Assembly: GCA_049999805.1 (NCBI GenBank)
Contig: JBNGIO010005933.1
Coordinates: 1-64,000, forward strand
DNA: 64,000 nucleotides
Direction of reading: 5' to 3'
Source of the DNA: Folioceros fuciformis
Lineage: Eukaryota
Shown here: in pieces, positions 12,761 through 25,803 of the stretch
Position numbering within the stretch: the stretch's first letter is position 1
How the letters are laid out: each line of letters starts with the position of its first letter
Program-made: the position numbers and the translations under genes
Notes under the pieces: model-generated
What the model was told of the DNA's origin: nothing
Database searches by the model: none
The model's input: the letters and a program-made list of their open reading frames with translations, nothing else

Positions 12761-13850
12761 TCATTTTGAATGAAAAATTGTATCAGCTTGGTGTCCTTGC
12801 TCTCCAATCCGCTTGTGAAGCTCGATCCCCGTCTCTAACGCTGCGTTGCCAAGATTTGCACATACCTGAAGTATACAGAGAAATGTCATTACATTGGGTG
12901 AGGCCATGCCATCTTCTTGCATAGCATTGTAGGCACGCAGGGCTTCCAAGCCCTTGCCATTCTGGGAATACCCTGCAGTCATCACATTCCACGCCACAAC
13001 ATCTTTTTTTGCAATTCCATCGAACAGTGTCTGGGCATCCTCCAGGCTGCCACATTTTGCGTACATATCCACTAAGCTGTTCGCAACAAACACATCAGCT
13101 TGATGTCCTCGGTCCCTAATTTGGGCATGAAGCTCTTTCCCCCTCTCCAGAGCAGCAGTGCCCAAACTTGCACATGCCTGCAAGAGGCACACCAAAGTAA
13201 CAGAATTCGGTACAGCTGCGCCACCTTCTTCCATGACACTGTAGAGATGACGGGCTTCCTGCCCCTTGCCTTGCTGGGAATACCCTGCTATCATTGCATT
13301 CCATGTCACAACGTCTTTGTCCTCTACTGCATCAAACAGTCTCTGGGCCTCTTCCAAGCTGCCACACTTGGCATACATGTTCACCAAGCTGCTGGCTACA
13401 AACACATCATCATGGTGTCCTCTTTCTCTGATTTGTACATGAAGATGGTTGCCCTTCTCCAACGCTGGGGTGATCACTGTTGCGCATGCTTGCAGAAGAC
13501 ATACAAACGTAACAGAATTCGGCGAAGCATTCCCTTCCACTTGCATATCACTGTAGAGAAGAAGGGCTTCGTGGCCCATGCCCTGCTGGGCGTACAATGC
13601 TGTCATAGCATTCCATGTCATCACGTCTTTTTGACCAAGTCCCTCAAACACACTTCGAGCATCTTCCACGCTGCAACACTTTGCATACATGTTCACCAGA
13701 CTGCTGAATACAAACGCATCAACTTGGTGTCCTTGTTCCACGAGTTGTGTATGAAGCTGCTTTCCCTTCTCCAATCCCTTGGAACCCATGCTTGCACATC
13801 TCTGGAGGAGGCAGATAAATGTAACAGAATCAGGGACAAGGGCTGCGACA
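12761..13850 (-). pseudogene. PLS-class pentatricopeptide repeat (PPR) gene fragment
   Basis: Three P-L-S triplets: DVFVASSLVNMYAKCGSLEEAQRLFD / DVVTWNAMIAGYSQQG / PNSVTFVCLLQAC. No E/DYW tail; the ORF ends by running into ROCO 5' flank sequence. Confidence 0.85.
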
Positions 13851-15129
13851 GTTCTTCAAATCAGGCAGATGCGCACGCTTTCCACTGCATTACTTGGGTG
13901 GCACTGGCGAGATTGCTAGGCTTGAAATGCACCTGACGCATTTTCGTCACCGGGCCGCGGGGAATAAATCTGGTCTGCATCACGGCTTCGCACAATTAAC
14001 CCCATCCTACTATTCCCTTCTGCTGTAGTTCTGGCATTAAATTTCCAGGCCCGAGGACTAGCATGCACCATGATCCATCCGACGCTCTTCCAGCAGTGGG
14101 CCAAGTTCGATCAAAAACAAGTTCCTGACGGTCGGAACTCTTGAAGAGCTCATGACTCACTTCATGAGGCGTGACCTCCATGAGCATCACTCGTATCTGT
14201 TTCTGTTAAGCAAGTAACGATGAAGGCACGTACGTGGTGGCCTCAGCCACTAGTGATAAGGTACAGAAAGATCCCACCCGCAGCGACTTCCCGCACTCCG
14301 CCGCGGAACCTCTCCCCTCGATTGCCCACAGGCAGAGAACTGAGGATTGCCCTGAGGACTGGACACATCCTGAATGAGATCAGGAAGGAAACCTTTCGGA
14401 AGGGCAACGAAATTAACGTTCACATCTTGGAAGACGACTAAAGGCAGATTCCGTGCTCCGGAACACCCGGGTTTGCAAACAAATGTGATCGACTTGTACA
14501 TGCTTGCTCGCTGTGCACCGTTTAGCCAACTTCCAGACATGCATTTGCATGTCTTCAAATGGGTTGAATATTGGTCACCAGTGTGTCTTCGTCGGCAAAC
14601 CCAATGAAATCTGTGCTGGTATGCAGCAACACAAATCCTGGCGAGTCCATGATGTTACACGTGGCAGCCTTGGAACTGCGTATGCTACCGTTGTGAGCCG
14701 CTATGGTTGCAGCCAAGAAGACCTGTCAGGAAACCCAACGACAACGACTGCAACCGTTGAGGATGCCCAAGCTTTGAGAGGACCTGTGTTCGTGTGACTG
14801 CTCCTAGCTATTCACATAAATGGAATACGCTGGAGACATGGACGGAATGAAACACAACAGCCACAGGCCACAACAACATGTCTCTGCACAACTATCTCGA
14901 TACCATGCAAAAACATGGACAACCTACAGCACAGGAGGAGCCGCCTGCCTACATATACCACTGCGCCCTGTCTCCACCCTTCCTACACCAACTCATCCAG
15001 TTGCCTCTTCAAAGGCGTCCACATTTGCTGCAAGGGTTTGCACGGTCTCTTCACAGCATCCGTTCGTCTGATGCACCACAGCGGCAATGAGTGACCGTCC
15101 AGTGACCTACCGCTCGGTAGCCACTCTCC

Positions 15130-15410
15130 AGTGACCTTTACTGGTATGCTCGAACTTGCACATGCCTGCAGCAGGGACACAAATGTCACAGAATTGGGTG
15201 TGACAATACCTTCTTCCTTCATCACCCTGTAAAGATCAAGAGCTTCCTGTCCCATACAACGCTGTGAATATGCAGCTATCATGGCGCGTAGAGCAGTCCA
15301 CGTCACCACGTCTTTCTGACCATTTCACAAAACAATCTTTGGGCATCCTCTAGGCTGCCACGCTTCGCATACCTGTTCACCAAGCTATTGGGTACAGACA
15401 CATTAGCCAA
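15130..15410 (-). pseudogene. PPR gene fragment (frameshifted)
   Basis: NSLVNRYAKRGSLEDAQRLF and VTWTALRAMIAAYSQ..EALDLYRVM..PNSVTFVSLLQAC in two frames. Confidence 0.75.
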
Positions 15411-17739
15411 ACATGCATGCAATGCTGTGAAAATTGCACATATTCTGTGCCAAGTAACTACAAAAGCGCACCTCCAAATCCAACCTCTAGCAAGTGCCTT
15501 TGAGAAAGACAAGTAGGTGATCCCTCCGACAGCATCAATTTTTTACTTCAAGCGTCGGTGGCAGGGTTCCTCAATTGCGAAGTTCACACACCTATGCACG
15601 CAGTGAGGAGTTGTTGAAGGANNNNNNNNNNNNNNNNNNNNNNNNNNNNNNNNNNNNNNNNNNNNNNNNNNNNNNNNNNNNNNNNNNNNNNNNNNNNNNN
15701 NNNNNNNNNNNNNNNNNNNNNNNNNNNNNNNNNNNNNNNNNNNNNNNNNNNNNNNNNNNNNNNNNNNNNNNNNNNNNNNNNNNNNNNNNNNNNNNNNNNN
15801 NNNNNNNNNNNNNNNNNNNNNNNNNNNNNNNNNNNNNNNNNNNNNNNNNNNNNNNNNNNNNNNNNNNNNNNNNNNNNNNNNNNNNNNNNNNNNNNNNNNN
15901 NNNNNNNNNNNNNNNNNNNNNNNNNNNNNNNNNNNNNNNNNNNNNNNNNNNNNNNNNNNNNNNNNNNNNNNNNNNNNNNNNNNNNNNNNNNNNNNNNNNN
16001 NNNNNNNNNNNNNNNNNNNNNAATGGATGACTTGGGAATGTCGGAGGATCCGGCGGCAACGTTCAATGCCCCACGCCGGTCTCACCCTTGTGTTGGGCCC
16101 CACACCTTGGCATCTGTGTGTGCGATGACTCAGCAGTTACAGCTGAATCCATGAAGGCAAGTAGGCCGAAACGGCGCCAATGAGCAGCCGCAGCCCAATG
16201 AGTGGAGCTGGATCGTGGAGCTTCACTGTTCGTAATGAAAGAGCCACAACCGTCGCAATTTTGTCCATCCATTTGACGATCGGGTGGGCCATGCTTCCTC
16301 TGCCACCCGGCCGCAGTGCAGGCAGCGAGGACTGTGTGGCGAACGGTTGTGCAATGGGATCAGACTCTTCCGAAAGCCGGGTCCCCATGGCATGCGCAAA
16401 CATGGCAGCACAGTGCGCGCCGAGTTGGGTTTGGGTCATTTGTCTGTACCCAATAGCTTGCATGATGTAATGACACATTGCATGGTGCAATAGTCAAGAA
16501 ACATCTGTTTCATTCAGTTAACTCCATGGTGGTGTCCCTTATAAGAAGCCTTTAGGTTTATTAGTGATGCTTGTGAGGATGTTTTCTGGTGAAGGGAATT
16601 GGGTTGTAGATGCTTTGGTTCAGGTTCATTCCTTCAAGCAGCCATGCAGAGAGGAAGCCATGTGGTTGTAATCAGCAGTAACAGATGTTGCACAACTTAT
16701 ATGGCATCAACAACCCTGCACAACTTATATGGCATCAGCAACCTTTCTGATACCAAGGAAGAAATAATGATAGAATCACTTTCAAGAGGCCCTTCTAAAT
16801 TTTGGGCAAAAGAGATATGTGTAGATGAAAGTATCGATAGAAAAATATAGTATTATAATACATTGTTATAATAAATAATATTTTTTAACTTCTAAAAGAA
16901 ATAGAGAGGAGAAAGATCTTACTTTATCTGAGGTAAAATAAATGGACAATCCTACCTAGTATGAAAGAGAAGGATTCAAAACTTTACCATCTAAATCATC
17001 AACTTCAACATCCTTGAGGTCCTTGAAAAGACAATCCTACCTAGCATGAAAGAAAGGGAATAAAAAATTTATCATTCGAATCATTGTCTTCATACCTAGC
17101 ATCCTTAACATCCTTGAGGCTATAAGTAGATATGGCTATAAATAGATATGGTACTATCAGACTATTTCTTTGAGACTTTACTTAAAGGGGAACATGTATC
17201 ATTACCTTAACTGAGTCTTAATTTGCATACTATCTAGGTTATATAGGAGTGTTAAAATTAATAACCTAGACGTATGGCCAACGTACTTAGGGTTTATACA
17301 TGTATAAATACCTTAAAGACTCGTTTCGTAATTAGTTCGCTTGGTGCATATTCAAGCTCTCCAGGCTATCACGTGTCGAGTGTTTTTCGTACGCTTCTAC
17401 ATGATGTCAAGCTGCCTTGACTCAATTCTGTTACTAGGCCTACCCTTATTCATGCCTCCTAGGACGGGAGAGGCATTTTGCCTCTCTTCTCTTTCCTCAT
17501 CTTCTTTCACGTCTTCCCAGTCCCTCTCCATGGCTAGGTGTTCAAGCTCAAGAGCTCGATGGCAGCATGCACATGCCACACACCCTGGACGACATTGCCG
17601 TTGAAGCAACACCATGAATACTACGAATTACGGCTTGTCATCTGTGCCAAGATGGACGTAGAGCTCATCACTTGATTTCCTTGAGTTTCTTCTTCAAAAT
17701 TTCTCTAAGCAACGCCGGAATGAAGCCACCCAAGTGAAT

Positions 17740-17875
17740 GATCCATAGGGCCTACTTGGACATTTTGGCTGCCCCGCCTTTGTTCACGTTCCCAAGGTTT
17801 TGAGGCGGAAGCTCGATTTGGAGTCCAAGGCTAGCATCCTCTACTACAGCAAAACTGTCAAGGCCTACCAAACAT
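17740..17875 (+). mobile_element. Short copia pol remnant
   Basis: Translates as LGHFGCPAFVHVPKVLRRKLDLESKA, similar to the post-integrase segment of copia pol. Confidence 0.5.
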
Positions 17876-18308
17876 GCATGCAATGTGTCATTACATCATG
17901 GTAGTCCAGGTCACAACGTCCTTCTTAACGAGTCCGGCATGGTCTTTGTAAAGAGGCACTTGCCGTGTATGAACGCACGGAGGTGGCGGGAGCCTCATGT
18001 TCCTCTTGGTTGCCTTCTGTGGAAGAACTGGTGCCTTACAGATGGGCAGGCAGCTGTACTCCCGACTTGTGGAAAGAACGCCTTTGAATGATGTTAGTCA
18101 TGGTCACCACCTGCCTCGTGGACATTTGTGCGCAATGTCGTCTTCTTTATAAGATGCACGCGAGAAAGACTTGGCCACAAGAGAAATGTGGCGGAAATTG
18201 GTGCCTGTACAATTGGTGGAAATTGTCGCGTGTCCGTTGACGAAGAAACGACTCCGTGAATCACCTCAAGATCAAGTTTAATGGACAACGTCTTCTCGGT
18301 TATTTCCT

Positions 18309-18436
18309 GACAATCTGGCTGCAGCGACATCAGACAGAGTAGACAATCTGGCAGCAACGACATCAGACAGAGTAGACAATCTGGCAGCAAAGACATCAGA
18401 CAGAGTAGACAATCTGGCAGCAACGACAGCAGACAG
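18309..18436. repeat. 33-bp tandem repeat (~3.8 copies)
   Basis: GACAATCTGGCAGCAACGACATCAGACAGAGTA units. Confidence 0.9.
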
Positions 18437-21140
18437 GGTGGGGTGTCTGGATACGATGTCAGATCATGCTTTGCGGATAGGTTTCGTTTGGGGATTCGAC
18501 TTCGGCTTTAGATTATCTCTACTGTTGGCACCGCATTTGCCTTCGACACGGGCATAGTTTGGCTGTTCCGTCCTCGCGAGGCGTTCAGCAACGGAGGGTT
18601 GACGGTGCCTACACAGGCCCTCACATCGGGGGCATGAGATTCAGCATCCGCGCAAATCGCTTCCTTTTGTTGTTCGTCGCCACGAGGAGGATTCCGAAGC
18701 AGTCGAGTAAGAATTCCCCAACCCCTTGGAGATCGTCCCCCCGAGACTGGACTGATGACATAAGCAACCAGCTGCACATTGTGAAGATAGCTTGGCACAC
18801 GTGGAGCTGAAGAAAATGAGTCGTGGCTCGACTCTCGGCGCGGCTGGAGTGCAGAAGCATTCAAACCTCGTCAGCTGTTGCCGGTATTTGGGAGGAAGGA
18901 TCATCGGAGCCTGGGAAAAGTTTGAAAACCCGATGACGTGGTACAGTGAGTGCGAGGGAATTTGCGAAGAGCAGCAGTCTACTTCTCCTGCCATCAAGGG
19001 GCTTCTATCCAGCCTCCAGGCTCTTGTTGTGAGACATCAAATAAACCCTGGGCCCTAGCACAATCCATTGCATTGAAAGCTGACTCAGGAAGTTTTGATG
19101 GAGACTGATGGCTTGAAGTTGGGAGAGATGCCAACATGCCTTTGTTTGCTCTGCCCAGCCCTCCAGGCCCTCCAGGTCCTACAGGGAAGGACGCGAGCAG
19201 GCGGCCTCCTTGGCAGCTGGCAAGGAAGCCGCTGGGGGAACACAAGCCTTGCACTAGGGGGGGCAGGAGGGAGAGTGAATCAGTTCTTGCCTCGGAAGTG
19301 GTGAATGCCATCCCTCAGCTTCCTATTAATGTGAGCAGCCTAAGGAGGTTGAGGTGGAGAAGGTGCTAATTTCGGCCGTGAGAGCTGGGAAGGCCGCAGG
19401 ACGGTATGTTCATTTCGACCATGTGCCTGGCCGGCCAGGTGCACGGTCTGAAGAGGGTTGGGTTGAAGCCTTTTGAGGGGGAAGCAGTGCTGTGGCAGCT
19501 GGGAGAGTTTCGGCGGGTGGTTTGAACCGAAGGTTGGCGGATGGGGATAGGGGCAGGGATGGCANNNNNNNNNNNNNNNNNNNNNNNNNNNNNNNNNNNN
19601 NNNNNNNNNNNNNNNNNNNNNNNNNNNNNNNNNNNNNNNNNNNNNNNNNNNNNNNNNNNNNNNNGGTCAGGGATGGCATCAATGGCTCCTGCGGTGATGT
19701 GCATTGGGTGCCTTGGGATGATTTTAGCTCAGATGGCTGCAAGGTGAGTTTGGAGGACTAGCTGGAGGCATGGGGAGCGGAGATTGTCAGCTCTGTGGAG
19801 GTTGGAGAAGGGGTTGAAGTTGGCGCCATTTTTGGTTGCTCCGATGATGATCATGAGGACATGGTTCCGATGGTGGAGACATCTAGCTCCCCAAAATTGG
19901 TGAGGAAGCTGAAGGGATCTGGGCTATCCAGCAGGTACAGGCTCCTCCAGTCCCTCCATGCTGTGATGTGCTATGCAGAGCTGGGCTGGGCTTCCCAGTA
20001 CGAGCAAACATGAAGAATGGCTTGTCTGCATAACCTGACCTGACCTGACCTGCATTGTAGCAAGGGCAAAAGCTCACACACAACACAATGGATTGGGAGA
20101 CCAGACAAGGCTAGGCTAGGCTAGGCTAGGCCAGGCCAGGGGACATGAACCTCACAGCACACTCTAGAGGAGGATAAAAGACACCAAGCCTTCCTTCCCT
20201 CCCCCCACTTGTCACAACAGGACAGAACATGACTGTTGCAACACTGCTCCGCGCAGGAGAGATGCCTTCCTTCACATGGAAGGTAGGTTTGTGGAGCGTC
20301 GAATCCCACCACCTCAGCTCAGCTCAGCTAGGCTCCTAGCCCATTCATTGTCATCTCGTCCTTTGGACTGTTTTCCTCTGAATGGGACTGTCCTTCCGGG
20401 TTGCTTCAAATCCCACATTGTATCTACATGACTCAAAAATATACATACTCATATCTCCTCCTGCCAAAGGGAGAATAGTCAGACTGCGTATTGGAATGAG
20501 AAATAGTCTATATGTTGTTCTAAACTGTGAGTTGATAGAAAGGTCGGCCTCTCGTTTGTACTCAGGTCAGCTCAGCTATGGTGCACATGCAGGCGAGCAC
20601 CTGCCCTGCTGCCTCAATGACTCTGCCACCTGCCCTGGTGGGCATGTGTGCAAAACTGTGAGGACTAGAGGAGTGGAATGATGCCATGCTTGGCCTCAAA
20701 GGATGTGAGAATGTGGATCTAAGGTACATGTGGTACTTCAAAACACAAATTAAATTTGGTTTGAGAGCCGTGGTGATTCTTGGTAGATGTGTAAAATTTT
20801 CTCTTTTCAACCGCATTGTTTATGTCACACTCTTACAGTGCCATATGCAGATCCATACCTCTTGGGGCTGGACTATGGCCTTCACTGTTCAAACTAGGCA
20901 TGAGCCTCTTGACATGTGGCGTCCTCGACCTTCTTGGAATTCATTCTCTAGGTTGTAATATCGTGAGAATTTGGTCCACAAACCTTTTGTCTGCTTGAAA
21001 TCTGTTCAGTTGATGCATCTCGTTGGCATCAGGATGGCACCGTTGTTTTGTTTCTCTTCTAGCCTCCCCTTCTCTCTTGCTCCTCCTGAATCATTTCTTG
21101 TGGGATGAGTGTGTTCCTGCACTGCACTAAGCAAGCTTAT

Positions 21141-21755
21141 TGTAAATTTTCCTATTAGTAGGAAGAAAGATTTTTATTTTAAATTACATTCTATTTCTTA
21201 TATTGAGCATAATGATAAAGTACAGAGGTAGGTGTTTCTTTTATAGGTGCCCAGGGCACCTCTTTGCTAAGGGTGTGACCGTTCGGGGGTATAGTGGGAT
21301 TAACCTAACTTGAACTGACTGCTAATTGGAGTTATGGGTTACTTAGCAGAAGAAACTATTTTTAACACTCTCTCTTAAGTAAGACGTAACCTGGCTCAAC
21401 AATCACTAGCTTAATGACAATCGTGCTCCCTCTTACGAATGAGTCTTCCCTTGTGCTTGGGTAGCAGAGAGGTAGGGCGTGAAATCTACGAGTCCCATAC
21501 TCTGCATGTGCTGGTAGTGTCGCAACTTGGGTAGGCAATCATTAGGATGTCTGCCAAGTTATCTTCAATAGGGGTACATAGCCAGCTTGTACCACCCTAC
21601 GCTCCACAACATCACGAATGTAGTGATGCTGAATTTCAATGTGTTTTGGCGTGAAACTTGGGGTTAGAGATCTTGGGTATAGTGGGATTAACCTATCTTG
21701 AACTGACTACTAACTGGGATTATGGGTTACTTAGTAGAAGAAACTATTTCTAACA
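21141..21755 (-). mobile_element. Internally deleted miniature copia derivative with 5-bp target-site duplication
   Basis: TG...CA termini flanked by CTTAT on both sides (21136-21140, 21756-21760). LTR segment repeated at ~21288-21367 and ~21676-21755. PPT AAGAGAGAG and RNaseH remnant KHIEIQHHYIRD between them. Confidence 0.75.
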
Positions 21756-22499
21756 CTTATAAGGTGTGCAAGGATATGAATTATGTCAGCAAAAGGTTTG
21801 TGTCCATTTTCGCGGTTGTTGACCTGTTGAATCTATTTCTGTTGAAGTGATGGTTTGGGTTAAGCATGATATCACATCTAACCTTTAACGTTATCCTTGC
21901 CCTATGTATACCTATGCTCGGTGGAACATGCAAGTGGGTCTACCGCCACTAAGTACTTGGCAATGGCTATGGCCCTAATGAGCCTAACATGACCTACATG
22001 AGGTAGTTCAAGGCTATGATGTTTGCCAGTGAAAGCAAGTAGGTTTTATAGCTCTCATAGTGTTTATATGTACTGTATTCACAAATTTGTGTTGATGGTC
22101 ACTTTGAAGCATTCCTTGGGATACAAGAAGGAGGACGATACGCAAAATCTATATCAAGCATAAACAACTTTGAGTATTATGCATATATATATATATAAAC
22201 TTTCATGTTTTGACACATCACAGATTTTTACATGAAAAAAACAAATTCATTATTTATACTATGATAAGTTTTACACAAACTCTTTATGTTTAATCGAATA
22301 AAGTTAGCCCTCCCTAAATGAAAGCCATTGAGAATTCTTGAAAGAAGAACCCTTCAATTGGCCCTCCCCAAATGGGAATTCCTAAAATATGAAGCCTCAC
22401 TGAATAGTAATTGGGATCTTTTTTAAACATATATTCTTCAAAGTTATAATTCTCTAAATGAAATTTATTAAAAAAACAAATGTGACAAGCTACTCATAA

Positions 22500-22640
22500 A
22501 TAGGATTTTAATTATTTGCCACCCTACTTGCACCAGAATTCCCAAAGCCTCAACAGCCTCCTTGAGCCGACCCTCCTCACACAGCTTGCTCACTCTTTCA
22601 GGCATCGCACCCACTTGGTATCCTCCAGGCCCGACAGGGC
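22500..22640 (-). pseudogene. Probable N-terminal fragment of a PLS-PPR gene
   Basis: RVSKLCEEGRLKEAVEAL resembles the start of plant PLS-PPR arrays; cut off by AT-rich DNA. Confidence 0.4.
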
Positions 22641-22909
22641 CAAGCTCGCCTGCCACGCCGCGATACAGGGAGCAGGAACGAGCAACAGAGGGATGCGCCA
22701 CGTATCGCCGCACGCCCTTCCCCGAAACTCCTCCCCTTCCATACCAGCACAGGGACGCGGGGGACAACCAGTCCCTGCCATCCACCGAAAGACGCCGCTT
22801 CTTCAGCTGCTGCGCATGTGGCACTTGCAGGCTCTGCTTCCACCACGGATCCTCAAACAACACTCCTCAAGCACATTCCGTGCGGTTCCCTGATCTTCGT
22901 CAAGGCACC

Positions 22910-24648
22910 AGAGCTTCAAAATAACTTCTTCAACATAAAGCTTCTCCGCCTTGTCTGCTTCACCTAAGCAAACATACTTTCTACCATATTCTTCAGTCTC
23001 ACCATGGGCATTTACGTAAAACAGAAAGCAATCGTGCTTATTGAAGTCAGGATGCCCGACAACGTGCTCCAACGTTGATTTCGCTTCCTTAAGATCGTCC
23101 ACCACACAGACCATCTCAAACTTCAAGGGCAGACCACGGAGAAGAACGTCGAGTCGCCCTCTGTCTAGCTGTCCTCCATCTCTGCCTTTTTCTATACTGA
23201 CTATCATTGCAAGACCTCGCCCGTGACCTGCTTTCACCCTTTCGTTTGGATATGACGGTTCCTTCCTTGACTTCAGTAGAGGCGGTCCCTGTGACTGACA
23301 TTGGATACGATGGTTCCTTCCCTGAGGTTCTCCACACACTCAGTCCTGATGATCCCTTCTACTAGTTCGACTCCAGGACTCCCTTCAGGAGAAGCACAAA
23401 ATGCTCTCAGTTCCGCAACCAAACTCTGCTGGAGAAATTCGATCGTTTTGTCTTTGCTCTTGAGTGACCTCATCAAAATGTCAAGACGATCACCAATGTC
23501 CCCGGTCTCCTCCCCAATATCCCCACTGCTCTCCAAAAATACGTCCATAACATACTAGTTAAATTTGATCAAGTTGCGTGCAATGCTATACTGATGACAC
23601 TGTATACCCTAGGGTCCATTAAACAAGATCTGTCGTAAAATGACCTGCAACGCACAACCATTGGCCATGTCATGAAAGCCAAAGAGAGCATATATCACTA
23701 ACGAAATGTCACAGACCTCACAAGGCAACGTACCTGGAATCTTGGAAAGAAGCCTGGACGACAAACGTGTTCATTTATCTCGGCATTGTAGCCACCTCTC
23801 TAAGTAGTTGTACTTGTGCACTGTACCACCCTTCCAGTCTCTCGGCATTGTAGCTGCCTCCCTTTACCTTCTGTGTCATCCAAGGTGAAGGGAACGAAGA
23901 ATCGAGGGCTAGGGTTCGCATCATCTTCATAGTACAAGTTTAGTCTCTCCATCAATAATACGAAATGTTCACCACGAGTCTCGTCCGCTTCCGTGACCTG
24001 GTCCAAGGTTGCGATCTTGAGAAGCTTTTGAGGCAAACGTTTTCTAAGCTGCTACTTCCACCTTTCCTTCCCTCCCCCACTTGTCACCTGAGGACAGAAC
24101 ATGACTGTTACAACACTGCACCTTGCAGGAGAGATGCCTTCCTTCACATGGAAGGTGGGTCTATGGACCGTAGGATCCCACCACCTGAGTTCTGCTCAGC
24201 TAGGCTCCCAGCCCATTCATCGTCATCCCTTCCTTTGGACCTTTTTCCTCTGAATGAGACTGCCCGTCTGGGTTGCTTCAAATCCCACATTATACGTACC
24301 TCGAAAACATACATCATGCCTGCCCAAGGGAGAAAAGTCCCTCATAGTCGAGTCCCACGCAATACACAAACCGGAGCTCATTCAAAGGTGTATTTTCACC
24401 AACGCTCTTATAAAAGAGGGCCAGTTTATCCATTCCAAACTCAGGATGCGTAATGATTTGCATTCCAGAGACGACATCGAAAATTCCCTAAACCACTCGT
24501 CACCGTCATAGTTCCACAACATAAGATGAGAGAGGGTGAAGTTGTGGCGCCAGGCGTCCAGGCCGAACTTGACAACAAAACAGCCGATCCTAAGCTCCGT
24601 AATACAATCGTTGGTGCGCAACATTCCGGCCAGCGCGTCGGCCAGGCC
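22910..24648 (-). pseudogene. ROCO cluster copy 4: fragmented remnant (LRR piece, COR pieces, N-terminal half of the caspase domain)
   Basis: LRR piece 24381-24648 (GLADALAGMLRTNDCITEL); COR 23750-24010 and 23330-23644 with the same intron position; caspase piece RGLAMIVS..RDGGQLD..DCFLFYVNAHG at 22915-23290, lacking the ACRG half. Stops and deletions present. Confidence 0.85.
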
Positions 24649-25803
24649 NNNNNNNNNNCTGACTGGCCAAGTTGTCTCAATTCTCCAGCCAGCCATCAGG
24701 GATGAGAATCTGCATCTCTGGGGACCGACTTACACATTACTTTTCAGCAAGCCGAAACGAGTGGCACAGCCCGGCTATTGAAACCTCTGCCTACCAACAC
24801 CGTTCACAATTCCCCTTGACATCCTGGAGGATCCCGGGAAGAACAACTTACTTGAAATCAACCTGTGCATTAGTCAACTGGAGATTCATCAACGAGAATT
24901 TACTGGAAATCTGCTTTTGGAGTTCATGCCAAATCCCACGGTAACTGCACAAACGGAAACAGAGCTCAACACAGCGCAAACCAGGTCGGTATACTATTTC
25001 TTGAATCTGCACCGACACAGAGATGTCAGGTATGTCACTACGGGCAGCTCCCAGTACGATGCAACACCGTACTGTATCCCACTGGTGGTCGGTCGGCCCG
25101 GAGCTTGGCCGGCCCACACGTTTCCTGCGCGATCGAGAACGTTCTTGGCTGCTGCTGACCGGGACGAGAATATTAAATACAGTACATGTACTGTATGTCG
25201 GTCAGTGTTTAGTGGAGAAAACCCGGGCTTTATTGAAAGAGGAAGAGAGAGAAAGATGTGGTCCAAACCAGGAGAAACTACGGCGACAGCACCAACCCCA
25301 AAACGTGCTACCACTGGTATGACTGTGACATGAAGGCACAAGCTCCCGACCCGACGCCAGTTCAGAGCGAGACATCCTGTCCCAGCTTTGCTTTTGGCTC
25401 GTCGCGGAGGGAAGATGAGGCATACATCCTCACGCCGGTGTACAGAGCAATGTAAACACCAGAAGTTCAGACCTCAAACTTGGACTTGCTTCTTGAAACC
25501 AACACCTCCCAGCTGTGCACGAACACAGCACCATCTTCCCTCCTTACACATCGCCTCCACGACCCATCATCTGTTCATCCACACCAGGACAGGACCCTGT
25601 GAGAGGACGTTTTTGCCAAACCAGGCAGAGAACGGGAGGAGACGTGAGAAGGTCGGACCACAGGCAGTTCGACACACCAATAAACAGGCAGTACAGTATG
25701 TATCTAGAGAGACTTGATACCTGACAGTTGATGGAAGGCATTACAGGCCCTGACCACACGCTCCTCACGCTAGCCAACCAGGCATTCGCAGAGAATGGGG
25801 TGG

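Noticed and set aside
15543-16103. Long ORFs spanning N runs (also 19366-19761, 39892-40731, 56459-56804)
   Set aside because: Created by assembly gaps.
24660-25720. Possible exon fragments between copy 4 and copy 3
   Set aside because: Some splice-like signals, but I could not build or identify a gene.
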